This document shows positions 11,326 to 19,071 of a stretch of DNA of 64,000 bases, one piece after another (position 1 is the first letter of the stretch; each line of letters begins with the position of its first letter). The stretch is from NCBI GenBank assembly GCA_963676375.2, contig CAXXPT010000012.1, positions 3,035-67,034 on the forward strand. The letters run 5' to 3'. Made by a program: the position numbers and the translations under genes. The notes beneath the pieces are model-generated. The model was not told the DNA's origin, ran no database searches, and saw only the letters and a program-made list of their open reading frames with translations. Source of the stretch: Prolixibacteraceae bacterium. GTDB lineage: Bacteria; Bacteroidota; Bacteroidia; Bacteroidales; Prolixibacteraceae.

Positions 11326-12735
11326 ATGAAACGCCGAGACCTTTTAAAATCAGCCGCAGCAATTGCTGCAATGCCGTTTTTTGCGCAATGGGCAAGTGCC
11401 CATGTTTCAGGAGAAAACAATTTTTTAGAGAATCCTAATAAAGGAATAAATGGCATTCCACGTTTCGGCGATGGCCGCGACTGGTTTTTTGAACGAAGGT
11501 ATGGCATGTTTGTGCATTGGGGGGTATATTCCATTCCCGGGTGGCACGAACAACATCAATGGCGGGCAAGAGTTTCCAGGGATGAATACATAAAACTTGC
11601 GAATCAGTGGAATCCAAAGAAATTTAATCCTGAAGAGTGGCTCGATTTGGTGGAAGACGCAGGAATGAAATACATCATCATTACGACCAAACATCATGAC
11701 GGTTTTTGTTTGTGGGATACTAAACAAACGACATTTAATACAATGAATACCCCATACAAAAAAGATATTATTGGTATGCTGTCAGAAGCCTGTCACAAAC
11801 GGGAAATCCCGCTGTGTCTGTATTATTCAATAGTCGATTGGAACCATCCCAACTATCCAAATCAAGGACGCCATCATGAACTTCAACTTCAGTCGCAGGA
11901 TTCTCCTAATTGGAACAAATACTTGGTATTCCTGAAAGAACAGGTACGAGAACTTTGCACCAACTATGGCGAAATACATGGATTTTGGTGGGATATGAAT
12001 GTTTCTGAGTACAGAGATCCTTCGATCAATGCCTTGATCCGGAAACTCCAACCCAAAGCCATGATTAATAACCGAGGATTTGATGAAGGCGATTTTGGTA
12101 CTCCCGAGCGTGATTTCGATCTAGGGGCATCTACATTAAACGAATTCCAGAGGCCAGTTGAAGCTTGCCAGTCAGTTGGTATGGAAAGTTGGGGGTATAA
12201 AACCGATGAAGATTATTATTCTGATCGACATCTGATCAGCAGTTTGGACAGCTACTTGGCTAGGGATGCCAATTATTTGCTGAATGTTGGTCCAACTGGA
12301 GAAGGAGTAATTCCGAAAGAAGCAATTACCATTTTGAAACGTATCGGAAAATGGAAAAAATCGGTGGATGAATCGTTTCAAAACCTACAGGTCGATTCAA
12401 AAATAATAAGTGCTCCGGGAGTTCTAGCGACCAAACATGATCGAACACTCTACATTCATCTGAATAAAGTTCCAGTTGGGAACGGGCTTAAATTGAAGCC
12501 AATCAATGTTCTTCCGGTAAAAGCAACGCTTTTAAACACAGGTAAGCCGATTGACTGCACTGTAAATTTATGTCCCAGCGATCATGCTTCACAACAGCCA
12601 TACCTTAGATTAAGAAATCTACCTGTAAATGAGATGGCTAATTCTGTTCTGGTAGCGAAGCTAGAATTCGATAGGCCGTTTGCGCAAATTCTCAAGTCTA
12701 CCCAACAGGAAACAAATATTGAATTGACTAAATAA
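11326..12735 (+). CDS. alpha-L-fucosidase (GH29), Tat-type signal
   Basis: TTKHHDGFCLWDT motif. The N-terminus MKRRDLLKSAAAIAAMPF is twin-arginine-like. Confidence 0.9.
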   Translation: MKRRDLLKSAAAIAAMPFFAQWASAHVSGENNFLENPNKGINGIPRFGDGRDWFFERRYGMFVHWGVYSIPGWHEQHQWRARVSRDEYIKLANQWNPKKFNPEEWLDLVEDAGMKYIIITTKHHDGFCLWDTKQTTFNTMNTPYKKDIIGMLSEACHKREIPLCLYYSIVDWNHPNYPNQGRHHELQLQSQDSPNWNKYLVFLKEQVRELCTNYGEIHGFWWDMNVSEYRDPSINALIRKLQPKAMINNRGFDEGDFGTPERDFDLGASTLNEFQRPVEACQSVGMESWGYKTDEDYYSDRHLISSLDSYLARDANYLLNVGPTGEGVIPKEAITILKRIGKWKKSVDESFQNLQVDSKIISAPGVLATKHDRTLYIHLNKVPVGNGLKLKPINVLPVKATLLNTGKPIDCTVNLCPSDHASQQPYLRLRNLPVNEMANSVLVAKLEFDRPFAQILKSTQQETNIELTK

Positions 12736-12768
12736 AGCGAATAAAATTTTGAGAAACATTTTCTGATT

Positions 12769-13026
12769 ATGTCTATGCATTCTAAATTCAATCATATGGC
12801 TTTTAAAAATAATCTCTATGGTTTGGCATACGGCTGCCCATACATTGAAAGGAGAGATAATTGTCCTTTTAAAGGTATAGATCAACTTTCGTTTAAGGAA
12901 AAAGTAGAATGGATTGATAGTATGAGTGAAGAAAAGAAAAAATCAGTTTACGAGAGCCACTTGATTTGTCATTATATAATCGGAGAAAATAAAAGTAGTA
13001 CAACTCGTAGTGTTAATACCAAATGA
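12769..13026 (+). CDS. small CCHC-motif protein (paralogue of 14425-14679)
   Basis: 85 aa. It shares C-P-[YF]-x5-D-N-C-P-F ... H-x2-C, with the same spacing, with the ORF at 14425. Confidence 0.5.
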   Translation: MSMHSKFNHMAFKNNLYGLAYGCPYIERRDNCPFKGIDQLSFKEKVEWIDSMSEEKKKSVYESHLICHYIIGENKSSTTRSVNTK

Positions 13027-13267
13027 ATAAATTATTTAGTTTAATTAGGATTCCTTGGTTTTAAAGAAAAAGAAGGTCCCCGGGGGCGTTTCGATGCTCC
13101 CAGGATTAAACTTAGTACTTGAAATACTTAGAGTTACGTACATAGGTTCTGTGTAACAAAATGCGATTTTGAAAAAGAAAAAACTGAACTGTTATAGAAT
13201 TTTGGTGGATCAAATTTATTAATAAGCTTTTTTAAAGGCTTAATTATTAACAGTTTAAATTTTAGCT

Positions 13268-14116
13268 ATGGAAACATTTTGTGAAATCATCCTGGACTTG
13301 GATAATGAACTGTCCCGGATGAAAGAAGTGTCGGAAAATATTCCAGGACAGATGGAATATGCCATCGGTCAATGTAAGGTTGCATTGGACCGCATGCGCA
13401 AACTTGTTATCAGTGAAGGCTTTCCCGATCAAAAGTCGGAAATCTACTTTTTTAAGAAAATTAAACCGGCTGTTTACAGTAAATTATTATACCATCAGGC
13501 GGTCTTTGATCTGGAAAGTAAACGTCAGAAAGCCGACTCATCAGTTATCAGGAGGTACTTTCAGAAAAGGCTCTACAAAATCAATGAGTATATGGAAGAA
13601 CACCAAGTAAAAGTCCAGTACTTCAAATGTGGATTCAAGCACTTGGATGAAAAATACTTTGTCCGGGGAACGACTGAAATACCACTTGAACTCCGCGGCA
13701 GTCATCATTTGATGGACGAGGATTTTTTCACATGGCACGACCATACCTTTTCAATGATCATGGCCAACGAAATGTTGATCGATTACATCCAAAGAGAATT
13801 AGAGAAGCTGGAGCATTCTGAATTGAGTGTAAACGCACTTCCAAAGTCGCCTTTGTACTGGACGGGAAAGAATATCGAACTGGTCGAAAATTTATATGCC
13901 TGGTATTTTTCAAAGTCAGTCAACCACGGGAAGGCCACCATTAAAGACTTGGTCGAATTTATCGGGTTGGTCCTAAATATCAACCTTTCAAAAGACGTAT
14001 ACAAGTATTACTCCGAACTTCAGCAACGGAAAATTGACCAGACCAAATTCCTGGATTATTTGAAAGCTGTTTTGATACAAAAGCTGGATGAAAAAAACAA
14101 GTTTAAAAAAAAATAA
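13268..14116 (+). CDS. rteC: RteC-like regulatory protein of conjugative transposons
   Basis: 282 aa. Size, helical composition and position next to an excisionase-type HTH gene and tra genes match RteC-domain proteins of CTnDOT-like elements. The call is from memory of the family, not from a search. Confidence 0.55.
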   Translation: METFCEIILDLDNELSRMKEVSENIPGQMEYAIGQCKVALDRMRKLVISEGFPDQKSEIYFFKKIKPAVYSKLLYHQAVFDLESKRQKADSSVIRRYFQKRLYKINEYMEEHQVKVQYFKCGFKHLDEKYFVRGTTEIPLELRGSHHLMDEDFFTWHDHTFSMIMANEMLIDYIQRELEKLEHSELSVNALPKSPLYWTGKNIELVENLYAWYFSKSVNHGKATIKDLVEFIGLVLNINLSKDVYKYYSELQQRKIDQTKFLDYLKAVLIQKLDEKNKFKKK

Positions 14117-14194
14117 CCCGAGAGTGATGTGTTTTTTTTCTAACCAATCAATAAGGTATGTTTACTATATTTGTAAAATATAAATACAGTTTGT

Positions 14195-14360
14195 CAACAG
14201 AGCAGTGGTTCTGTTGAATTGAAAACATAAAAGCGTTAGCTTTTATTCTTGTCTCAAAAATCGCCAGTTTTTAAGCACCACAGGAATAATAAGAGAACGC
14301 TCACGCTAAGGGCGTGGGCTATTCTTATTAGTGGTGAGGTGTCTGGCGATACCTTGAGAC
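14195..14360 (+). ncRNA. candidate structured RNA or 5' leader (three consecutive hairpins)
   Basis: Hairpins at 14195-14216 (7 bp), 14227-14246 (8 bp) and 14251-14360 (about 37 bp in 5 helical segments). A TAtaTTTG -7-like box lies at 14166-14173, and a T-run follows at 14383-14388. Confidence 0.35.
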
Positions 14361-14424
14361 AGTAGGTAATGGTTCGCGCCTCTTTTTTGTAAAAGCATCA
14401 AATTACAATTCAAAAACTATAACT

Positions 14425-14679
14425 ATGTCAGATCTTTACACTGAAAAAATCCGCAGAAACGCCGACCTGGTTGTTCCTGTTTCGGCCTGTCCGTTTGGAA
14501 ACCCAGTCGACAATTGCCCTTTTATTCTATTTCATGGAATAGGAAACGAGAGTGAGCAAATCCTGCAAATAGATCTTTGCCCACAGGAAGAGTTAGACAA
14601 ACTTAGGACATTCCACCGTGCTTGTACACAAAGATATATGAGCGGCGAATGGAAACCAAAAAAAACAAACGGGAAATAA
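14425..14679 (+). CDS. small CCHC-motif protein (paralogue of 12769-13026)
   Basis: 84 aa with ACPFGNPVDNCPF ... HRAC. The spacing is the same as in the paralogue. Confidence 0.5.
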   Translation: MSDLYTEKIRRNADLVVPVSACPFGNPVDNCPFILFHGIGNESEQILQIDLCPQEELDKLRTFHRACTQRYMSGEWKPKKTNGK

Positions 14680-14895
14680 TATAAAAATCGCCGGAGGAAT
14701 TCCACCCTTCCTCCATGTATATCCTTCCTTTTCCAATTGAATACCGTTGGCTGTCGTTGTGTCTTCGGTTCTTCAACTACTCGTCTGAATAAAATTTCCC
14801 TATTATACTTCATATGACATCTGATTGTTTATCAGGCTTGTGTTGTATCGCCATGTGATTTATCTTAAGAACTACTTCTTTGTTTTTTTATATTC

Positions 14896-14963
14896 AACCA
14901 TAATAAACACACCACCTGAACTCGTATTGACAACAAATGATTTTTGAAGGCTTCAAATTTGGG
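14896..14963 (+). promoter_or_regulatory. conserved promoter/operator copy 1 (partner at 17913-17981)
   Basis: AACCATAATAAACACACCACCTGAACTCGTATTGACAA...CTTCAAATTTG aligns closely with the copy upstream of the tra operon. It sits 36 nt upstream of the HTH gene. Confidence 0.45.
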
Positions 14964-14998
14964 ACTATTCAAAATGTACCAATTTAAATTTTAAAGCT

Positions 14999-15295
14999 AT
15001 GCCTTCAGAAATTATTACAACTGACGATCTTCGGGAATTCAAAACCGAATTACTCACCGAGTTCAGAAAGATGCTGAAAGAGCATCATGGTCAACCCTCC
15101 AAAAAGTGGCTCAAATCCTACGAAGTCAAGAAAATGCTTGGTATTTCTCCGGGAACCCTCCAGAACATGAGAATAAATGGAACTATTCCCTTTACCAAAA
15201 TGGGCGGAATCCTTTTCTATGATTCAGAAGACATTCGTAAAATCCTGGAAGACAACAAGAATGTGCCCCGGTTCAGTTTCGACGGGAAAAGATGA
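14999..15295 (+). CDS. helix-turn-helix DNA-binding protein (excisionase/MerR-like family common in Bacteroidota mobile elements)
   Basis: 98 aa with a KKMLGISPGTLQNMRINGTIPFTKMGG HTH segment. It is the first gene of an overlapping three-gene module. Confidence 0.7.
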   Translation: MPSEIITTDDLREFKTELLTEFRKMLKEHHGQPSKKWLKSYEVKKMLGISPGTLQNMRINGTIPFTKMGGILFYDSEDIRKILEDNKNVPRFSFDGKR

Positions 15296-16332
15296 ACTAC
15301 ATCAGGCACCTGAGCGGATTCTTTATCCGACTGGCAGAAGATCAGCGGATGACACCCTATCACATCAGCCTGTATTTTGCCCTGTTCCAACAGTGGAATG
15401 CTGAACGGTTCGGAGATTGGTTTGTCATTTCCAGAAGTGAAATGATGCAACTGTCTAGGATCGGTTCTGCCAATACCTATGCCCGTTGCATGAAAGAGCT
15501 GTCTGATTGGGGGTATATCATGTATAACGCTTCATCCAACCTCCACTCAGGTAGCCGCGTCTCCTGTATCAGATTCGATACTGCAACTGATATTGCAAGA
15601 AATACAGGAACCGATACCGGTATCAAAACGAATACTTCAGCTGATACCGGTAATGATACGGGAAGAAATACCGGTATTTCAGGCAGTACCGAAAACGATA
15701 CAGGAAGTGATACCGGTACTAAATCTGATACTGCATCTGATACAACAAATGATACCGGAAGAAATACTGGTACTTCCAGCAATCTCAAAAGTGATACAGC
15801 AAACAGTACTGCAAGTGATACCGGTATCACAGCCAATACTGAAACTGATACCGGAAGAAGTACCGCAAGTGAAAAAAAAGATGCTGCCAGTATCAAAACT
15901 GATACTGGATGTGATACAGGAAGTGATACACTTCTTATAAACAGTCTAAACACAAACAAACAGGAAGAAAAGTCAGTCAGAGGAAATCAAAAATTAAATG
16001 TTGATGAAAACGAAAAAAAACAAAAACGATTCCGAACGACCAATTCTGAAAATCTTCCGAATGAGAAATTTCAGGTTCCGGATTTGTCCGAAGTCGAACA
16101 ATTTTTTGAACAGAACCAGTTTCCGCGCAGCGAGGCGCAGAAGTTTTACGCCCACTACCAGTCCTCGGGCTGGAAGACGGGAGATATGAAAAAAATAATT
16201 TCCTGGCAGGCCGTTGCCCGGAAGTGGATGAACAATACCCAAAGTTTTAAAACAGATGAACGAGAATTCAATCAAGTCGGGACCAGCAAACACAGTGTCA
16301 CCGTCAACAAAAATTACGCTGAACCCTTATGA
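15292..16332 (+). CDS. mobile-element protein with internal D-T-G-rich repeat linker
   Basis: 346 aa. Its ATG overlaps the upstream stop (ATGA). The N- and C-terminal parts are non-repetitive, and the middle is encoded by GATACCGG repeats. Confidence 0.65.
   Translation: MNYIRHLSGFFIRLAEDQRMTPYHISLYFALFQQWNAERFGDWFVISRSEMMQLSRIGSANTYARCMKELSDWGYIMYNASSNLHSGSRVSCIRFDTATDIARNTGTDTGIKTNTSADTGNDTGRNTGISGSTENDTGSDTGTKSDTASDTTNDTGRNTGTSSNLKSDTANSTASDTGITANTETDTGRSTASEKKDAASIKTDTGCDTGSDTLLINSLNTNKQEEKSVRGNQKLNVDENEKKQKRFRTTNSENLPNEKFQVPDLSEVEQFFEQNQFPRSEAQKFYAHYQSSGWKTGDMKKIISWQAVARKWMNNTQSFKTDEREFNQVGTSKHSVTVNKNYAEPL
15577..15932. repeat. degenerate GATAC(C)GG repeat tract with two perfect palindromes
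   Basis: 15 GATAC copies in about 355 bp. GATACCGGTATC is at 15613-15624 and GTGATACCGGTATCAC at 15815-15830. Two forward frames and one reverse frame stay open across the tract. Confidence 0.85.
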
Positions 16333-16984
16333 ACAGATAGCCAATTATAGCGGCGGAGTGTTTAATTTCAATTTACAGACCAGTCTGCAATGGATGGAAG
16401 AACGGGGCAAAATCCTGTTCGGGAACCACTTTGCGATAGTTCCAACGGATATAGAGCTGATCTACAAACTGCTGGTTTATGCCATCGGCGATCAGGAAAA
16501 TGCCGAAAGGCACGGGATCAACCTAAGAAAAGGTATCCTTTTGTGCGGCCCAATCGGATGCGGCAAGACCAGTTTATTAAAGCTCATTAGCTATTTTTGC
16601 CCTCGGGAGACTCAGTTTTTGGTTAAGCCCACACGGGAGATTAGTTTTGAGTTCGAAAAAGATGGTTATTCCGTGATTAACCAGTACAGCAAAGGATCGT
16701 TTGTCAGATATGCCAACATGCCTTTCATCCCCAAAGTGTATTGCTTTGATGATTTGGGATTGGAACAAACCCCGAAATATTACGGAAATGAATGCAACGT
16801 AATGGCCGAAATATTGCTGAACCGTTACGATCTTTTTATTTCAAAACGTATGCTAACACATATCACCACCAACCTTTCTGCATCAGAGTTGGAGGAGATT
16901 TACGGCAACCGGATCAGGAGCCGGATGCGCGAAATGTTTAATCTGGTTGCCTTTGACCGTGATACAAAGGACAAGCGGGCTTAG
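16256..16984 (+). CDS. P-loop ATPase (DnaC/IstB-like AAA)
   Basis: Walker A CGPIGCGKTS and Walker B-like CFDDLG. The start is uncertain: ATG 16256 overlaps the previous gene by 77 nt, and ATG 16394 is the alternative. Confidence 0.7.
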   Translation: MNENSIKSGPANTVSPSTKITLNPYEQIANYSGGVFNFNLQTSLQWMEERGKILFGNHFAIVPTDIELIYKLLVYAIGDQENAERHGINLRKGILLCGPIGCGKTSLLKLISYFCPRETQFLVKPTREISFEFEKDGYSVINQYSKGSFVRYANMPFIPKVYCFDDLGLEQTPKYYGNECNVMAEILLNRYDLFISKRMLTHITTNLSASELEEIYGNRIRSRMREMFNLVAFDRDTKDKRA

Positions 16985-17050
16985 GATAAAAGCCATAAAA
17001 AGATAAACACCAAATCAGATATTAGCCGATGTTTGGTTAGTTGGTTCTGC

Positions 17051-17090
17051 GGCCTGTTCGCGCTGTGGCTCCGCCGGGCGCGAACAAGCC
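17051..17090. other. GC-rich hairpin in ORF-free region (candidate oriT/terminator element)
   Basis: GGCCTGTTCGCGC ... GCGCGAACAAGCC forms a 13-bp stem with one mismatch. It begins 67 nt after the ATPase gene stop. Confidence 0.35.
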
Positions 17091-17912
17091 TCGATTCAGC
17101 ATGGAAGAGTGGCCCGCCGGTATAAAGCTCAATCCCTGCCATTTCATGTCTGGATTGACTTTTCCCGTCTGGGCCACACTTCCCCGTTTTTTTAGGTTTT
17201 AAATGAATTTTGAGGTTTAAAACTCCTTTTAGCAGGTATTTTCCCTGTACTCCGGCACATTCGCCACACTCGCTTTTTCGCTCCCTAATCCCGTTCGTGC
17301 CTCACCGGAATCGGTCGCTCAATTTGCTCGTTCAGCTCATAAGCCGGGTTGTACCGCACGGCAAGAGTAGCCCGATTCATTCCACTGCGCTGACCCCTCC
17401 CAAACTCCATTTCACCCGCCCGGTTTACCTATAACCACTTTCCCTGCACAAAACCGGATGCAGGGCTCCATTCCGGCCCTGCCGTCAGCTTCATTCCATT
17501 TCCGGGCTACACTTGCCTTTTGCCCGCCCGCTCTCAAAATTTTTGATCAGTTAATAGTTTTGTCAAAATCAAAAAGCAAGCCTAATTTAGCCAATCTCCA
17601 CACAACCTAACGCCGGAACAAATGCAAGACCAAGGCAAGTGTCCCGCTTTTTTTCTCATTTTGTTTTCCGTTTCAATAAGAAATTTTCCTGATTAAGCGG
17701 TACAGCCTTGCATTTCCGCCCCGATCGGCTCTTGATTGGCTTTCTTTTTCTTTTTTTGACTGTTTTTTCTTTCTCTTTTGGAATAATCTTTCACCCTCCA
17801 AATTGTATCAAATCATACGCTTTGAAATGGGATTTAAAGCCTAAACAAATCCCATCAGTATCAAAACGGTACAAAACCAATCAAAATGCAATTGACTATC
17901 AATGTGTTGCTT

Positions 17913-17981
17913 AACCATATAAAACACCCCACCTGAACTCATCTTGATAAATAATCTGATTCCGGTACTTCACCTTTGCGG
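17913..17981 (+). promoter_or_regulatory. conserved promoter/operator copy 2 (partner at 14896-14963)
   Basis: AACCATATAAAACACCCCACCTGAACTCATCTTGATAA...CTTCACCTTTG. It lies 76 nt upstream of the first tra-operon gene. Confidence 0.45.
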
Positions 17982-18056
17982 CGATGACTTGAGGGAATGG
18001 ATTGACCAAAAAACCTCAATGTCCATCGCTTTTTATCTACCAAAAACTTAAAAAAT

Positions 18057-18416
18057 ATGTTTGGAATCGATCAAATCAGTTGGGGGCAATTCGTTCAATT
18101 CATTGCAGGAGCCCTTATTTTATGGTACCTGTCAATTGTCCTTATTGCGCTTGTCAATAAAAAAAACAATCGGAAAACTCTTTTTGAGGACGACCAATTA
18201 ACTCTAGTTCTTTCAGAGGGCTTGCAACCCATTGCAGTCTCTGCACAGGATTATCCTTCTGAGCTTATCCCAATCCGGTTGGCAGAAGCGATTCTCTTAC
18301 CTGTTTCCTTGTACGAAGAAACAGGAATAGACGACGGTTATCCCATCGAATGCTTTACAAACCCCAATCATCCGCAAATGCCAAAAATCCTGGAGAACAT
18401 CCAGTTTCAGTCATAA
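18057..18416 (+). CDS. small membrane protein, first gene of tra operon
   Basis: 119 aa with one clear hydrophobic helix (FIAGALILWYLSIVLIALV), in an operon position. Confidence 0.5.
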   Translation: MFGIDQISWGQFVQFIAGALILWYLSIVLIALVNKKNNRKTLFEDDQLTLVLSEGLQPIAVSAQDYPSELIPIRLAEAILLPVSLYEETGIDDGYPIECFTNPNHPQMPKILENIQFQS

Positions 18417-18455
18417 GTCATCCTTAATTATTCATTCTTAAAAACTCAAAGTTTC

Positions 18456-18770
18456 ATGAAAACAAAAGTTCAGTATTTTTTCAAACGGGCAGAAGCCCTT
18501 GTTGCAATGCTCATTCTCAGTATTTACCAGACCATGGCTCAATCCGCTGCCGGTATTGACCAGGCTACTGCTGAAGTGAGTTCCTACGTGGATCCGATCT
18601 CGAACCTGATTATTGCCATTGGAGCGGTTGTCGGATTGATCGGCGGAGTCCGTGTATATATCAAGTGGCAGAGTGGTGACCAGGATACCCAGAAAGCCAT
18701 CATGGGCTGGTTTGGAGCCTGTTTGTTCCTGATTCTGGTGGGTGTGGTGATCAAAGCATTCTTTGTCTGA
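18456..18770 (+). CDS. traE: TraE-like (DUF4134-type, pilin-like) conjugative transposon protein
   Basis: 104 aa with a signal plus two TM helices (IIAIGAVVGLIGGVRVY..., GACLFLILVGVVIKAFF). It sits directly before TraF/TraG homologues. Confidence 0.65.
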   Translation: MKTKVQYFFKRAEALVAMLILSIYQTMAQSAAGIDQATAEVSSYVDPISNLIIAIGAVVGLIGGVRVYIKWQSGDQDTQKAIMGWFGACLFLILVGVVIKAFFV

Positions 18771-19069
18771 TGCAGGGCTACCCAGTCAAAAAGGTGGATA
18801 CCCGGTTGTATATCAAAGGGCTTTCCGGCCCTTTGGTATTCCGGGCACTGTATGGCATTATTGCTACTTTCTTTTTGTTCTCAGCACTTTACATCCTTGC
18901 GGGAGTTTTCCCGGCAGTACTGATCGGAGTCCCTGCTTTTTTCGGTTACCTCTACCGGCTGAATACCATCCAGAAGAAGTATGGTCCGGAAGGCTGGGGA
19001 AAGAAACAGACTGCGCGGAAACTGCCTCAATTCATTAGCTGCAAGCGACGAATCCATCAAATTTCTTAA
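18770..19069 (+). CDS. traF: TraF-like (DUF4133-type, VirB3-like) conjugative transposon protein
   Basis: 99 aa with two TM helices. Its start overlaps the upstream stop, and it precedes the VirB4-like ATPase. Confidence 0.65.
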   Translation: MQGYPVKKVDTRLYIKGLSGPLVFRALYGIIATFFLFSALYILAGVFPAVLIGVPAFFGYLYRLNTIQKKYGPEGWGKKQTARKLPQFISCKRRIHQIS

Positions 19070-19071
19070 AA

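Noticed and set aside
13082-13101. A T-arm-like hairpin GGGGGC-GTTTCGAT-GCTCCC that could be a tRNA 3' fragment or att site at the left island edge
   Set aside because: The loop is 8 nt rather than 7. There is no acceptor, anticodon or D-arm sequence upstream (AT-rich filler), and I could find no matching repeat at the right boundary. This is insufficient to call a tRNA remnant.
14251-14360. The 110-nt rod hairpin considered as a retron msr/msd
   Set aside because: There is no reverse transcriptase gene anywhere in the window and no flanking a1/a2-type repeats. It is kept only as a generic structured-RNA candidate.
15477-15959. A 160-aa minus-strand ORF and a 115-aa plus-strand ORF (15593-15940) overlapping the D-T-G repeat gene
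   Set aside because: Both lie entirely within the GATACCGG repeat tract. The repeat lacks stop codons in two forward frames and one reverse frame, so these are artefacts of the repeat. The 346-aa frame has non-repetitive conserved termini and operon coupling.
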